Virus record (IMG/VR): IMGVR_UViG_3300034053_000009
Coordinates: 1-49,155 of that record
Reading direction: 5' to 3' (one strand)
DNA length: 49,155 nt
Origin: a virus
Lineage: Duplodnaviria > Caudoviricetes
The notes beneath the pieces were generated by a model, which was not told the DNA's origin, did not search any database, and saw nothing but the letters and a program-made list of their open reading frames with translations. This document shows positions 27,406 to 37,097 of the stretch, piece by piece. The stretch's first letter is position 1. Every line of letters begins with the position of its first letter. The position numbers and the translations under genes were made by a program.

Positions 27406-27683
27406 TTCACTGCTCTCCAGTTACGCACCACAATAAACGCATAGAACGCACACAGGGCAAGCATCGCCTCAGTCCAGTACGGTGCGCCCATCGAGCCATG
27501 CGCAGCGACGATGATGAGTACTTTGGTGATGACCAGAGCGGGAAGCGGGTCGAGTGCGTCGAACAGCCACACCATGACCGGATTGGCCTCTTTAATTCCC
27601 GTCTTGAGGAAGCGCAGAGTGCTGAAGGCATCCCCGATCTGGAGGATGGCGAAAGTGAGGAGGATGGCGAGGTCTGGGGTCAT
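27402..27683 (-). CDS. DUF5658-like membrane protein
   Basis: D..ST...L..G..EANP.M motif with three hydrophobic helices. Confidence 0.65.
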   Translation of the reverse strand: MTPDLAILLTFAILQIGDAFSTLRFLKTGIKEANPVMVWLFDALDPLPALVITKVLIIVAAHGSMGAPYWTEAMLALCAFYAFIVVRNWRAVK

Positions 27684-29911
27684 TTTGCCTCCAGCGCGGC
27701 GAGACGAGCTTCGAGTGCGTCATTCTTGGCGCTGAGTTCTTGGATGCACTTCATCAGAGCATACTGAAGATCAGTCTGGTAAATTGACAGCCGCATCTTC
27801 GGCACCTCCTCCGTACCCCAGTTGCTCTCCATCACAAACTCTGGCGCAACTGCCTGAACGTCCTGCGCCACCACGCCTAACGTCAGGCCGGGGTCTGACT
27901 CAGATTGGTCAATATAGTTAAATGTCTGAACAGGGATAGCGTTGATGATCGGCAGATAATCTTTGGCTGGAGAAAAATCTGTTTTCTCCCGGCGGTCAGA
28001 CAGATTCACATCGTTACCGCTGTAGTTAGCCACGCCACCATTAGACCTGACAGATGCCCGCAACGTACCATTTCCCAAGCAGTAAAGAAATTCCGCGCCT
28101 GTACTATTGGGGTCTGTGGCAGTGTATCGAACTCTAATCCCCAGCGGAGCAGCGTTGGAATTTTCCGTACGAAGCGAATAATCCGACGCCGATTGGGTGT
28201 TTAGTAATTGCCCCGTCGAATCAAGGGTCATCTTGGGAGAAGATAAATCCGTGGTGTTTGAGAAGACCACGTTACCAGTACTGCGCTGGTTACCGATTGT
28301 CCAATCTGCGACGCCGGTTGTTGTTATTCCGAGCGAAGCGTCCCCTGCGGAAGTGGTGCTAACTGCCAAGCGGTTGTTGGAGGAGCCTGTGGTACTAGAA
28401 ACCACCCCAGTCAGCGCGAGGCCGGTGCCGCTGACATTCGCAACTTGGTTATTTGCCACCCCTAAATAGACTTTCTCGCCAGTAGGGACGCTTAGGAACA
28501 GGCCGCCATCGCCTGATGGGCCTACCCACACATTGCTGCTTGACCCTACAGTAGAACCAGTGAATGTAACCGATGCGGTATCAAACGTGGCCCCATCTGC
28601 CGACAAAGCCCCAGTCACCGCGAGGCCGGTGTTATCGAAAGCAGCAATTTTGCTACCCGCACCGCCGGTGGCGAAAATATTGAGTGTCTTTGGTACCCCA
28701 GACGACGACGAAGCATAGATATTTGAATCGGTATCCGTCGCGTCAAAGAACAGCTCAGCATTGGTGGCGGTGCTTGACCCTTTGATCTGTACGTCACCGT
28801 TGAAGTTTCCGCTCCCCGCCGTCAGTGCGCCTGTGCCGATGTTGAGGGAGGGATTCGTACCACCAGAGATAGAAGTGATGCCACCACCGAAGTTGATGGC
28901 TGTTTCGGTTGCTGATAAAGAGGTGTTGCCGCCCACCTGCAAAAGTATGGTAGACCCAGTAATACTGTTGAGTACTGTACCACCAGAGTAGAACAACCCC
29001 GTTAATACGCTTCCGTTGTTTATTTCAAATCCTGCTGTTCCGGTTTGAGTGATCTTCCCCGTACTCGTTATCGCCCCGCAGCCCAACGTACCCAACCCCG
29101 ATACGTTCTGCGAATTACCAGTGACTGCGCCGCCTAACGTGACCGCAGGGAGTGTCAACCCTGTTCCTGCGCCCACCGTGCCTTGGATGACGGGGGAAGT
29201 AAGGGTCTTGTTGGTGAGGGTTTGGGATGCAGTCAGCGTGACGGCGGTATCAACCACCCCGGCAGCAGGTAAGCCGGTGCAGTTGGTCAGAGTGCCGGAG
29301 GATGGGGTGCCGAGGACGGGCGTCGTCAATGTCGGGCTGGTGAGGGTTTTGTTGGTCAGCGTCTGAGTAGCGTCCGTACCGACAAGCGTGGTGGAGGCGT
29401 CAGGAGCCGTGAGCGTCCGGGTCGTGCCGGTGGTAATGCCGGAGAGTTGGAAAGCGAGGAGTTTGGTCGGGTCAGTTTCGTCGGCAATCTTGAAGCTCGA
29501 ATCGACAACAGACCGCCCTGCGGAGTAGACATTTGTGCCGTCGCAGAACACGTTGTCCGCGCTACCCTGAACCACATAGACCCCCGTGCCGCCCGAAGTC
29601 TTGACCTGCATCGTGTAGCTGCCCGACGTAGCGTTCCAGATCAAATACTTTTTGGTTTCGTCAGGGACTACGACAGTAGCGTTGGAAACCAGCGTACCGG
29701 TGAATTTGAGGATCGCGTACCGTGCCTGATCCGTGCCACCGTTGACCGTAGTCAGCGTAGTTGTGCCCCCTGTGGTAGCGATGGACACCATGCCGGCGAT
29801 GGCATCTTCAAGGAGTTCGAGGTTGGTATTGGTTTTGTCGCCCCAAGTCGAACTGTTCTCCCCCGCCGTTTGGAGTTCTAGGCGCAAATCAGATGAAAAA
29901 GAGCTTGCCAT
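27680..29911 (-). CDS. tail fibre with C-terminal S74 autocleaving chaperone
   Basis: GENSSTWG..TN.N N-terminus, QTLTNKTLTSP repeats, SDRREK...GVVAQDV and a terminal coiled coil. Confidence 0.88.
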   Translation of the reverse strand: MASSFSSDLRLELQTAGENSSTWGDKTNTNLELLEDAIAGMVSIATTGGTTTLTTVNGGTDQARYAILKFTGTLVSNATVVVPDETKKYLIWNATSGSYTMQVKTSGGTGVYVVQGSADNVFCDGTNVYSAGRSVVDSSFKIADETDPTKLLAFQLSGITTGTTRTLTAPDASTTLVGTDATQTLTNKTLTSPTLTTPVLGTPSSGTLTNCTGLPAAGVVDTAVTLTASQTLTNKTLTSPVIQGTVGAGTGLTLPAVTLGGAVTGNSQNVSGLGTLGCGAITSTGKITQTGTAGFEINNGSVLTGLFYSGGTVLNSITGSTILLQVGGNTSLSATETAINFGGGITSISGGTNPSLNIGTGALTAGSGNFNGDVQIKGSSTATNAELFFDATDTDSNIYASSSSGVPKTLNIFATGGAGSKIAAFDNTGLAVTGALSADGATFDTASVTFTGSTVGSSSNVWVGPSGDGGLFLSVPTGEKVYLGVANNQVANVSGTGLALTGVVSSTTGSSNNRLAVSTTSAGDASLGITTTGVADWTIGNQRSTGNVVFSNTTDLSSPKMTLDSTGQLLNTQSASDYSLRTENSNAAPLGIRVRYTATDPNSTGAEFLYCLGNGTLRASVRSNGGVANYSGNDVNLSDRREKTDFSPAKDYLPIINAIPVQTFNYIDQSESDPGLTLGVVAQDVQAVAPEFVMESNWGTEEVPKMRLSIYQTDLQYALMKCIQELSAKNDALEARLAALEAK

Positions 29912-30564
29912 TATGCGGTTCCTTCACGTTCAGATGTTACCGTCATGGGCGTGTAGTCCACTCGGTCTTCCTGCTTCAATTCTACCTTAGCCGAGGCCAG
30001 TCGCTGCGCGTAGTCGCCTTGCCAGACACCGATGCGGTTGTCTGCTTTAAGGAACTGCTCCGACACCACGAGACAGGCGTAGAACATCAAATCACCCATG
30101 TACTGGGACAGCCACGTCGTCGTATTTATCGAAGTCAGGCCCGCAGGGCGAACAACGCAGCGCGCTGTAACCACATTGGTTCCACTCGGGGTGCCGGCGA
30201 TCACGTACTGCGTCGGGGAGTATTCGGCGTAGAACTGTGGGGTTGCCGTCGTTGTTGCGGCGTTGGGCCAGTAGTCATTGACGAACTCCCAGCTCCGTGG
30301 CTCCAGCAGAACCTGATTGTTGGAGGCGTTGGTGTAGTGCAAGGAACGTGTTGCAATCGCCCCGGTAGGCTTGGTCAGCAGCCGGTTGCTCGCCGTGAAG
30401 GCCAGCGCCGTGACCGTGTCGAACAGCTCCAGATCGAGGTCTTTGAGAATCCGGTCTTCCGCAAGCGGGATGATGAGGTCGATAGCCGCCGCGAATTCGG
30501 TGCCGTTGTCCTCGACGAAGCTCTGTAGCGCTGCTTTGAGAGTTGCGTAGGTGTAGCTCGCCAT
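29911..30564 (-). CDS. head-tail adaptor-like protein
   Basis: TYATLK..LQ...I.LAE.RI pattern; position in the operon. Confidence 0.65.
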   Translation of the reverse strand: MASYTYATLKAALQSFVEDNGTEFAAAIDLIIPLAEDRILKDLDLELFDTVTALAFTASNRLLTKPTGAIATRSLHYTNASNNQVLLEPRSWEFVNDYWPNAATTTATPQFYAEYSPTQYVIAGTPSGTNVVTARCVVRPAGLTSINTTTWLSQYMGDLMFYACLVVSEQFLKADNRIGVWQGDYAQRLASAKVELKQEDRVDYTPMTVTSEREGTA

Positions 30565-30860
30565 TACGTCCCGCCTCCGAAGTAAGTCCCGTCAGCCCAG
30601 CCAAACGCATCGACCAAGGGCTCATCAAACGCCGGAGGTATTGTACGCGAAGCGACCGCGTCAAGGTCGGGAGCAGGCCGGCGCAGGGCTACCGCATCGT
30701 CTGTCCGTACCGGACGCTCTGCCGGGTGTTTCATGTCCCAGCACGAAGGGCACACCAGCAAATGATTCTGCCCGTCCTCGCGGAGCGTGGACAACTTCAC
30801 CTTGTCGCCACACCGACGACAATATCCGATTGCTCGTTTGCCGGTGGCGTAGGCTGTCAT
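30564..30860 (-). CDS. small CxxC...CxxC virion-associated protein
   Basis: YATGKRAIGYCRRCG...VCPSCWD..HP. Confidence 0.65.
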   Translation of the reverse strand: MTAYATGKRAIGYCRRCGDKVKLSTLREDGQNHLLVCPSCWDMKHPAERPVRTDDAVALRRPAPDLDAVASRTIPPAFDEPLVDAFGWADGTYFGGGT

Positions 30861-31528
30861 TACCGCACCTTGTACCGCACCCGAGTTGCCGTCGAGGTGC
30901 GCTCACGGTCTTCGACAAAGGCACGGTTGTAAGCAGCCTCGGCCTTCTTAATCATTGCCGCCTCACGGTCAGGGGCGTACTTCTCAGCGAGTTTTGCTGC
31001 CAGTCCTGCAGTCATGGCTTCTTGCCAGCGGTACGGTACGTCGAGGGTGTTCGATGCCGCGCCTACGTCCTGCAACTGCCGCATCCGGTAGTAGCGAATC
31101 TGGTCGGTGCTGTTCTCAGGGACGTTCCACAGGGTGTACGACGGTGTCGTGATCGAACGATCCAGCCAGTAGCGATTAGGCAGCCCTTCCGCCGTCTTGT
31201 CGGGGATCGCCTGATACTCGTCCCGAGCCATCGGGAACACAGGGGTATCGACGCCGTCACGCCGCACCACCATCTCAAGGATAGCCACCGTGCCGGCGGG
31301 GCAGTCGTAGCTCCCATCAGACGCGGTAACCGTCTGCGTTTGCAGGTCGATGGCCCAGAGATGCTGCCCTTTGTTCGCCCAGTCGGAGAACATAAACGCT
31401 ATCGACATCCGAGCCGATCGCGTATGCCTTGCGGTTAAAGTCGCTGGGTCTATGCCGCACCGTTCAAATGCCTCAGAAACTATGTCAACTATTTCCGGGT
31501 TAAACGTGTATGTACCACTGGTGGTCAT
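30860..31528 (-). CDS. head-tail connector / tail tubular A-like protein
   Basis: MTTSGT..F.P.I.DIV.EAFERCG...WAN.G..LW...G.P..YW family pattern. Confidence 0.75.
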   Translation of the reverse strand: MTTSGTYTFNPEIVDIVSEAFERCGIDPATLTARHTRSARMSIAFMFSDWANKGQHLWAIDLQTQTVTASDGSYDCPAGTVAILEMVVRRDGVDTPVFPMARDEYQAIPDKTAEGLPNRYWLDRSITTPSYTLWNVPENSTDQIRYYRMRQLQDVGAASNTLDVPYRWQEAMTAGLAAKLAEKYAPDREAAMIKKAEAAYNRAFVEDRERTSTATRVRYKVR

Positions 31529-32241
31529 TTTCTGCCTCTCCGCCAGCCTTCAGCAAGCAGCTTTACAACGGTTTCCTCAGGATACTTGCGATTAACAACC
31601 CCGTTAGTCACCCACCTCCACCCCGAAACAGCTTCTCCCCCTCTCAAACCTGCAGCACGCAACTTGATACGCTTGGCCTCCGGAGGATTCTTGTTCGCCA
31701 AAGATATCTTTGCTTTTGCAGCCTCTGTGTGGCGTCTACCTGTGCTCGCAGTCGCCATTCTCTCCCGTGTTACTGTAGAGATCACCTTCTTTTTTGCAGC
31801 CGCAGACATCTTGGCTCTGGTCTCATCACTTATGTTCCGCCTACACGCACTCATTTTTGCGCGGGATTCTGGCGACCTTTTCTGCCCTCGAATAGCGTCC
31901 GCGCGTTTTTTGCGCGTTGCCTCAGAGTGGATGTACCCAGTGCAGCCATCTCCTCCATCAGTCAGATTACATAACTTGTAGCCCATCCGACGAAACGTTT
32001 TAACTAGCCCTTTTTCGAGATCAAGTGCGACCTCTTGCGACGACACAGGGTAGACACCTACAAGAATGTTCTCTTGTCCGCCGCATTTCGCCACGATGTG
32101 CTTATGCCACTCGCTTCGTTCCTGAAAATTACGGCTTCTTCTCCCACACCCCTTACCCACGTAAAATGGTGTCCCATCGGGGCGCGCGTGAACATAAGCA
32201 TAAAACTGCCTAGCCCCCTTGGCCGCCTCTAAGGTCGTCAT
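31525..32241 (-). CDS. GIY-YIG homing endonuclease with NUMOD3 repeats
   Basis: YAYVH...FYVGKG..RR, LE, LCNLTDGGDG; repeated SxETRAKMS. Confidence 0.88.
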   Translation of the reverse strand: MTTLEAAKGARQFYAYVHARPDGTPFYVGKGCGRRSRNFQERSEWHKHIVAKCGGQENILVGVYPVSSQEVALDLEKGLVKTFRRMGYKLCNLTDGGDGCTGYIHSEATRKKRADAIRGQKRSPESRAKMSACRRNISDETRAKMSAAAKKKVISTVTRERMATASTGRRHTEAAKAKISLANKNPPEAKRIKLRAAGLRGGEAVSGWRWVTNGVVNRKYPEETVVKLLAEGWRRGRK

Positions 32242-32378
32242 GCTGCACCCCCGCTGCGCCGCGCAGACTTCGCGTGACGCGCCGTGATCGTTGCCGGGTC
32301 AATGCCGATGCGCTCGAAAGATTCTTCGACAACATTGACTACTTCAGGGCTGAAGGAGTACGTTCCCGAGGTAGCCAT
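32238..32378 (-). pseudogene. orphaned 5' fragment (46 aa) of the connector gene at 30860-31528
   Basis: MATSGTYSFSPEVVNVVEESFERIGIDPATITARHAKSARRS aligns with MTTSGTYTFNPEIVDIVSEAFERCGIDPATLTARHTRSARMS. Confidence 0.85.
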
Positions 32379-32381
32379 GAT

Positions 32382-33029
32382 TTACGCCAAATCGAACGCG
32401 CTGGCCTGACTTACATTCAATGCGATGGTCGCAGTATTCGTGTAGCTGTTAATCAAGAGGCGGATTGCAGCCACCTGACTTGTCAGTACCGTCACCACAT
32501 CAATCGCACCGGCAGCTTCTGCCGTTTTCCAAACTGCAGTCTCTCCGCGATTCTGCATCTCATAGCATTTCTGCACCGTGAAATTGATTGTGCCGGAAAC
32601 GTCCGAAGAAATTACCGTATCAGGGCAGTAAATGTCCAGAGGCATCGACGGCGAAACCGCTGCGCGGGTCGCGTTGGAAGTGCCAATCGACACATTCCCC
32701 GCTGTCGCCCCGCCAGCATTCAGCGTGATGCTTGTAACAGATCGGAACGCATTGACGGTGATCGCCGTGGAGTTGTTCGGCAGCGACAAAGTTTCTGTCT
32801 GTGCCTTGCCGTCCGCGTCGGTTCCAACAATGATGACAGAACGTAGTGAGTCATCGGCTGTCGTCGTAAACAACAGGTAGTAGGCCAGCTCTTGCTTAGG
32901 CAACACCCCACCAACAACCAATGCGCCATTGAGTACCAGCGCGCCTGTCGTACCGCCAGAAGCAGTTCGGATATTTGTTGCAGTCCCCGTGACGGGGGTA
33001 AACGCCCAGCGTTTCGGTTTGATCGGCAT
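32382..33029 (-). CDS. virion structural protein
   Basis: AGGAG RBS; beta-rich; IVGTDADG.AQTET motif. Confidence 0.65.
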   Translation of the reverse strand: MPIKPKRWAFTPVTGTATNIRTASGGTTGALVLNGALVVGGVLPKQELAYYLLFTTTADDSLRSVIIVGTDADGKAQTETLSLPNNSTAITVNAFRSVTSITLNAGGATAGNVSIGTSNATRAAVSPSMPLDIYCPDTVISSDVSGTINFTVQKCYEMQNRGETAVWKTAEAAGAIDVVTVLTSQVAAIRLLINSYTNTATIALNVSQASAFDLA

Positions 33030-33075
33030 AATCGTCTCCTAGATTGCATTAGGGGAGCCGAAGCTCCCCGGACTC

Positions 33076-33849
33076 TTACCTTTCCGAAACAACTCTGATG
33101 TAGTCGCACACTGCGAGATTACCGCCTGCGCCGTTGCCATTGGTGTGGCCTACGAACAGTCCAAGAGAGACACCTGTCGGGATCGTCGCTGCTGCACCGC
33201 TCCACGTCAACACACGAGTGCCATCGACATACCCATGCAGCTTGGCTCCGTCGTAGTAAATCGCCAGTGTGTACCAGCGGTCAACCAACATCCCTTTAAC
33301 CGTCTGGGTCTGGAAGTCCGTGCCGCTGTTGCCAGCATCGGAAAGCATCTTCGGGTTCGAGTCACCGTCACCAAGGCCGAACGATACGACGTTGGCCGAA
33401 GCGGTCGTCCAGAGGTCTTCCGGGTTGGTCGTTGCTGACAGGTCGCTCAAGCCGAACAGGAAGTTGTTGTCAGTCACGTCATCCGTGCGGATACGCGCTT
33501 CGATGAACATCTTCTTACCAGCGGTCAGTTGGAACGATTCTACGGTGTAGATCGCAGCGCCTTCAGCGGCGGTTGCATCAGCAAACGTCAGAACACCATT
33601 CGCGCCGATAGCCGCCGTGGTGTTGATAACCACCGTGCCGCCAGTGTCAACGATCGCGCCTGCCCAGCCCCACGGGGTATTAGCCACCGGGCCGTTGGTG
33701 ATCGCTGTGGAAACGACGAAGCTGTTGAAGTCGTCATGGAAGACGGCAAACTCAGCAGTAGGCATCATGCCCATGCCGACGCGATAGCCGTAGCCATCAG
33801 CGGTTGAAGAAGTGCCGTGTACGATGGGGCCTTTAAATCCGGTTGACAT
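33076..33849 (-). CDS. virion structural protein (jelly-roll/lectin-like, possibly capsid decoration)
   Basis: MSTGFKGP..., FHDDF and DYIRV..ER motifs; AAGGAG RBS. Confidence 0.65.
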   Translation of the reverse strand: MSTGFKGPIVHGTSSTADGYGYRVGMGMMPTAEFAVFHDDFNSFVVSTAITNGPVANTPWGWAGAIVDTGGTVVINTTAAIGANGVLTFADATAAEGAAIYTVESFQLTAGKKMFIEARIRTDDVTDNNFLFGLSDLSATTNPEDLWTTASANVVSFGLGDGDSNPKMLSDAGNSGTDFQTQTVKGMLVDRWYTLAIYYDGAKLHGYVDGTRVLTWSGAAATIPTGVSLGLFVGHTNGNGAGGNLAVCDYIRVVSER

Positions 33850-33874
33850 GATTTCAATCTCCTTGATGTCAGGG

Positions 33875-35401
33875 TTAGGGTGTTGCGAGTGTATCGGGCT
33901 TTTTGGGGGGTGTCAAGGGGCGCGGCCACACCCAAGTTTTCTTGCCGCAGTCATGGATACGCCGGCCACCCAAGAGGTAGGTCATGTCGCGCTCAGTCCG
34001 AGGATCGGTCTCGTGGTCGAACTCAATCTCGATACCCAGCTGCTTCGCCCGAGCCGTAATCTCCCGCCGCTGCCAGTGGGATTTCGGAGTCAACCCTAGC
34101 TTTGGGTGCCACACCATGTAGTCTGCTGCGGACTCTTCCTTCATCTCAAACCCCAACTGCTCATACATCCCACCAGCAAAGAACCGGTTGTCAGAAAACG
34201 ACTTCACTGTGCGGGGATTTTGCTCGGTCACAAACGCCTTGAACAGCCGGGAAGCTCCACCAGTCACCGTAACCCTCGTAGCGTACCTACTCAACGTCCA
34301 TGTGCGGTGCTTGTTCAGGCCTCGGTCGTTTATGCCTTCCGTGAAGCGCATACATGCTACCAACTTACCCTTCCAGAACAACCCGTAGTGCTCCCCATAC
34401 CCACCGCCGCCTTGCGGGTGATACCGGTCGTAGAACGCCACAGCCGCCTTGTGTTCGACTTTCTGCAGCTCACACTTGCGCGCCATCACCTTCCCCCGCC
34501 CAGCACCCACAGCGTTGCGCAAAAGCCGCCGAATCGCGTAGTTGTGGTTCTGCCACTCAGACTCAAATATCGTGATGAGTCGATAGCCAGCATCCGCAGC
34601 CTGCTTGTGCTTGGAGATGTGTTTCGTCGACATCTTGGCTTCCGACTCTTGGTCACCAGCAGAGTGCCAATACTCCCCACAAAATTCGATAGCCAACTGC
34701 TTCTCGGGAAGCACGATGTCCAGCTCAAGCGGGCCGATGATCTGCCGATCCCTGCGCTGCACCGCTGTGAACAAAGTCAACAGAGAGGCTACGGATTCTT
34801 CAGTCCTAGATGTTACATAATTGCACCGGGCACACCCCACCTTCCCTGCCAAATGATTTACCGGGGATTGCTGGAACCATCCATGCTCGGGGCAACAGAT
34901 GTCCGCCACCCCTGTAAGCACATTGGTGAATTGCGCTGTGCCATAGGTGTACTTTCCCCCATGTACCAGACTGGCTCGCCGCACAAACTCCTGTATCGAC
35001 ATCTGCTTAGATGACCGAATCCTAGCCCCCTTACATTTTGGGCACCCCTGCTCCCCACGATAGTGGTTGTCAGGTGTCTGCTCAAACACACCATGCACCT
35101 TACACCCAATCTTCACCTTTTCCTGATAGCCCCTGTAATCCACCAATGAGTAATCCCACAAATCCCCATGCACACTGCGAAACCGCTCAACCCAATCAAC
35201 CCCCCTACCAGAACACATGGGGCACCCAGATCGCTGCTTACCTGTGTGGTTGCGGGCAATTTGCTCAAACTCCCCATGCTCTGGGCAGATGATTGTTACT
35301 TTACCCATACCTCCAACGTATACCGACAATGAATAATCATATCTGCCCCCATGAGCACTCTTGGCTTTCGCAATAAAATCTTCTGTAGTAAGACGACGCA
35401 T
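33875..35401 (-). CDS. Hef-like homing endonuclease: DUF723-like Zn repeats, PD-(D/E)XK-type nuclease, C-terminal GNAT-like domain
   Basis: Three C..HG.F.Q....H....CP.C repeats; ELDI.LP...AIEF.G.YWHS; GGASRLF...SFSD...G.MY..LGF. Confidence 0.75.
   Translation of the reverse strand: MRRLTTEDFIAKAKSAHGGRYDYSLSVYVGGMGKVTIICPEHGEFEQIARNHTGKQRSGCPMCSGRGVDWVERFRSVHGDLWDYSLVDYRGYQEKVKIGCKVHGVFEQTPDNHYRGEQGCPKCKGARIRSSKQMSIQEFVRRASLVHGGKYTYGTAQFTNVLTGVADICCPEHGWFQQSPVNHLAGKVGCARCNYVTSRTEESVASLLTLFTAVQRRDRQIIGPLELDIVLPEKQLAIEFCGEYWHSAGDQESEAKMSTKHISKHKQAADAGYRLITIFESEWQNHNYAIRRLLRNAVGAGRGKVMARKCELQKVEHKAAVAFYDRYHPQGGGGYGEHYGLFWKGKLVACMRFTEGINDRGLNKHRTWTLSRYATRVTVTGGASRLFKAFVTEQNPRTVKSFSDNRFFAGGMYEQLGFEMKEESAADYMVWHPKLGLTPKSHWQRREITARAKQLGIEIEFDHETDPRTERDMTYLLGGRRIHDCGKKTWVWPRPLTPPKKPDTLATP
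33888..33916 (-). promoter_or_regulatory. sigma70 promoter for post-capsid genes
   Basis: TTGACA-17 nt-TACACT on the minus strand. Confidence 0.7.
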
Positions 35402-35433
35402 TTTTTACCCCCGAACTGTACAAGATAGATTTA

Positions 35434-35461
35434 ATTATAGACGCACTTAAGACTATGTCAA
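35434..35461 (-). promoter_or_regulatory. promoter of the endonuclease insert
   Basis: TTGACA-16 nt-TATAAT immediately after the capsid terminator. Confidence 0.7.
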
Positions 35462-35462
35462 G

Positions 35463-35490
35463 AAAAAATTAAGGGGCCGAAGCCCCTTAA
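35463..35490 (-). terminator. intrinsic terminator after major capsid gene
   Basis: TTAAGGGGC-TTCG-GCCCCTTAA followed by a T-run. Confidence 0.9.
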
Positions 35491-35506
35491 CCGTTATGCG
35501 TATTGC

Positions 35507-36418
35507 TTAAGCGCCGCTCGATCCGAAGGCGCCGCGAGGGTCAGCCCAGAAGAAGCCATAGCGCTCACGGCAGCGATAGCGTAGGTTGCCGGTGTTGTCA
35601 TCGGCATCCATCTTCTTCTTCAGAGCAGACCGCTCAACATACTGGAGACCTTGCTGGGCATCAGTAATGATCGTCCACTGGTCTGGGTCACTTAAAAACA
35701 CATTAGTGCTGAAGCCGCCGGAGATCAAATTCAGGCTCTTGAGCGCGTTAATGTCGTTGTCAGCCGTCCCAACACGCCCGTCAGTCTTGAGAAGACGCTG
35801 GGCAGTGAACTGCAGCTCAGTAGGCACAATCAGCTTCTTGGCGCTGATGTGGATGGGCAAGCCACGGTCATCTGTGGTATCCCCGATCAGGATCAGCATG
35901 TCCTCCAGAGAGGTCTCGGAAAGGTCAGCCTGAGTGGTCAGGGTGTTGGCAAACGTGCCGCCACCAGCCAAGGGATGGTCAGTAGCGAACAAGGTCTTGC
36001 CGTCACCGCCAGTGTAGCCCGCAGTGTAGCCATAATTTAGGACATTGGCACCTTTGACGTTCTTGGTGTACTGCATCGAACGGGCCAGAGCCTTGGCCAT
36101 TTGGGCACCAAGGTCAGCGTACAGGTCGTCCTCTTGGGCCTCCTCGGTGATCGCCACTGCCAGAGCGACAGTCTCGAACACCAGTCGGGCAACCCAGCTT
36201 TCCTGAGCTTCGTCGAACGAATACTGCCCACCTTCGACCTTCACCGGAGCAGCCCCAAGGCCAGACATCAAGACTTGCTCGATGTAGGCTTTCTTGGATT
36301 CCGTAGACTTGGCAAAGATGTCCCGCCACAGTTCCGGCTGCATCTTGTACTCAAGACCAAAGACCGCATCAAGGCCTTCCTGAAGTTGCTTCTTTATTGC
36401 TGCGCGATTGATAGCCAT
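35507..36418 (-). CDS. major capsid protein
   Basis: MAINRA.I.KQL.EGL.AVFG.EY, GDGKTLFATDHP and RERYGF.W.DPRG motifs; followed by a strong terminator. Confidence 0.9.
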   Translation of the reverse strand: MAINRAAIKKQLQEGLDAVFGLEYKMQPELWRDIFAKSTESKKAYIEQVLMSGLGAAPVKVEGGQYSFDEAQESWVARLVFETVALAVAITEEAQEDDLYADLGAQMAKALARSMQYTKNVKGANVLNYGYTAGYTGGDGKTLFATDHPLAGGGTFANTLTTQADLSETSLEDMLILIGDTTDDRGLPIHISAKKLIVPTELQFTAQRLLKTDGRVGTADNDINALKSLNLISGGFSTNVFLSDPDQWTIITDAQQGLQYVERSALKKKMDADDNTGNLRYRCRERYGFFWADPRGAFGSSGA

Positions 36419-36429
36419 GATTTATCTCC

Positions 36430-36978
36430 TTAGCCCATGACAGGAACATTGTTGAACACGAGCACCTTGGAGTTCACGCCGTAGGCGTTATCCGGGCGAT
36501 CAACCAGACCATACACTGTGAACTGGCCTGTGCCGGTATCGTTGAGATCAAGCTCCATACCCGAGCGACCAGTAGTCGCGGAGCCGGAGTGATCCTTCTC
36601 GATGTCGTAGGCGACGCCAATGTTGGCGACAGTAGAAGCTGTGCCGGTATCAGTCTGCACTTCGTACAGGATGTCCGGGTCGACATAGACCAGAGCCTTG
36701 ACGACAGCGGTGGTATCCGTCAGTGCCACACCGGGCCAGTACGGGGAGAAAATGACGTTGCCAGAGTTGTCACGGTACTGGCAGCCTGCGAAGACCCCCA
36801 GAATAGTCGACGAATCGTCGGCAGCGACATTGACAAGGCCAGAGGCCAAAATAACCGCGTCACCGGAGTAAATCGCGGTTCCGTAGTTGTAAGCGATGGT
36901 GAATTCAGCGGTGGTAATATCACCTCCGCCCTTATGCATTACGGGTACAAAACCGTAAGGCTTGTCGACGTTTGCCAT
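36430..36978 (-). CDS. capsid-associated (cement/decoration) protein
   Basis: MANVDKPYGF.PV, IYSGD.V and GVF.GC.Y motifs; directly upstream of the capsid gene. Confidence 0.7.
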   Translation of the reverse strand: MANVDKPYGFVPVMHKGGGDITTAEFTIAYNYGTAIYSGDAVILASGLVNVAADDSSTILGVFAGCQYRDNSGNVIFSPYWPGVALTDTTAVVKALVYVDPDILYEVQTDTGTASTVANIGVAYDIEKDHSGSATTGRSGMELDLNDTGTGQFTVYGLVDRPDNAYGVNSKVLVFNNVPVMG

Positions 36979-37097
36979 GATGTTTCCTTTAGGAAAAAGT
37001 TAGAAAGACATAATTCGCCCCTAAAACTCTCCGCGAAAGGATAGTCAGCATCCGCGTATCTGCCAGTTATCGGGACTCAAATAACTGTGTAGGGGGA

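Noticed and set aside
31525-32378. Group I intron housing the GIY-YIG gene
   Set aside because: All junctions are direct stop/start overlaps with no room for a ribozyme core, and the downstream gene is already complete
33051-33070. Terminator (GGGGAGC-TTCG-GCTCCCC on the minus strand)
   Set aside because: The hairpin is real but has no U-tract; more likely a stability or processing stem
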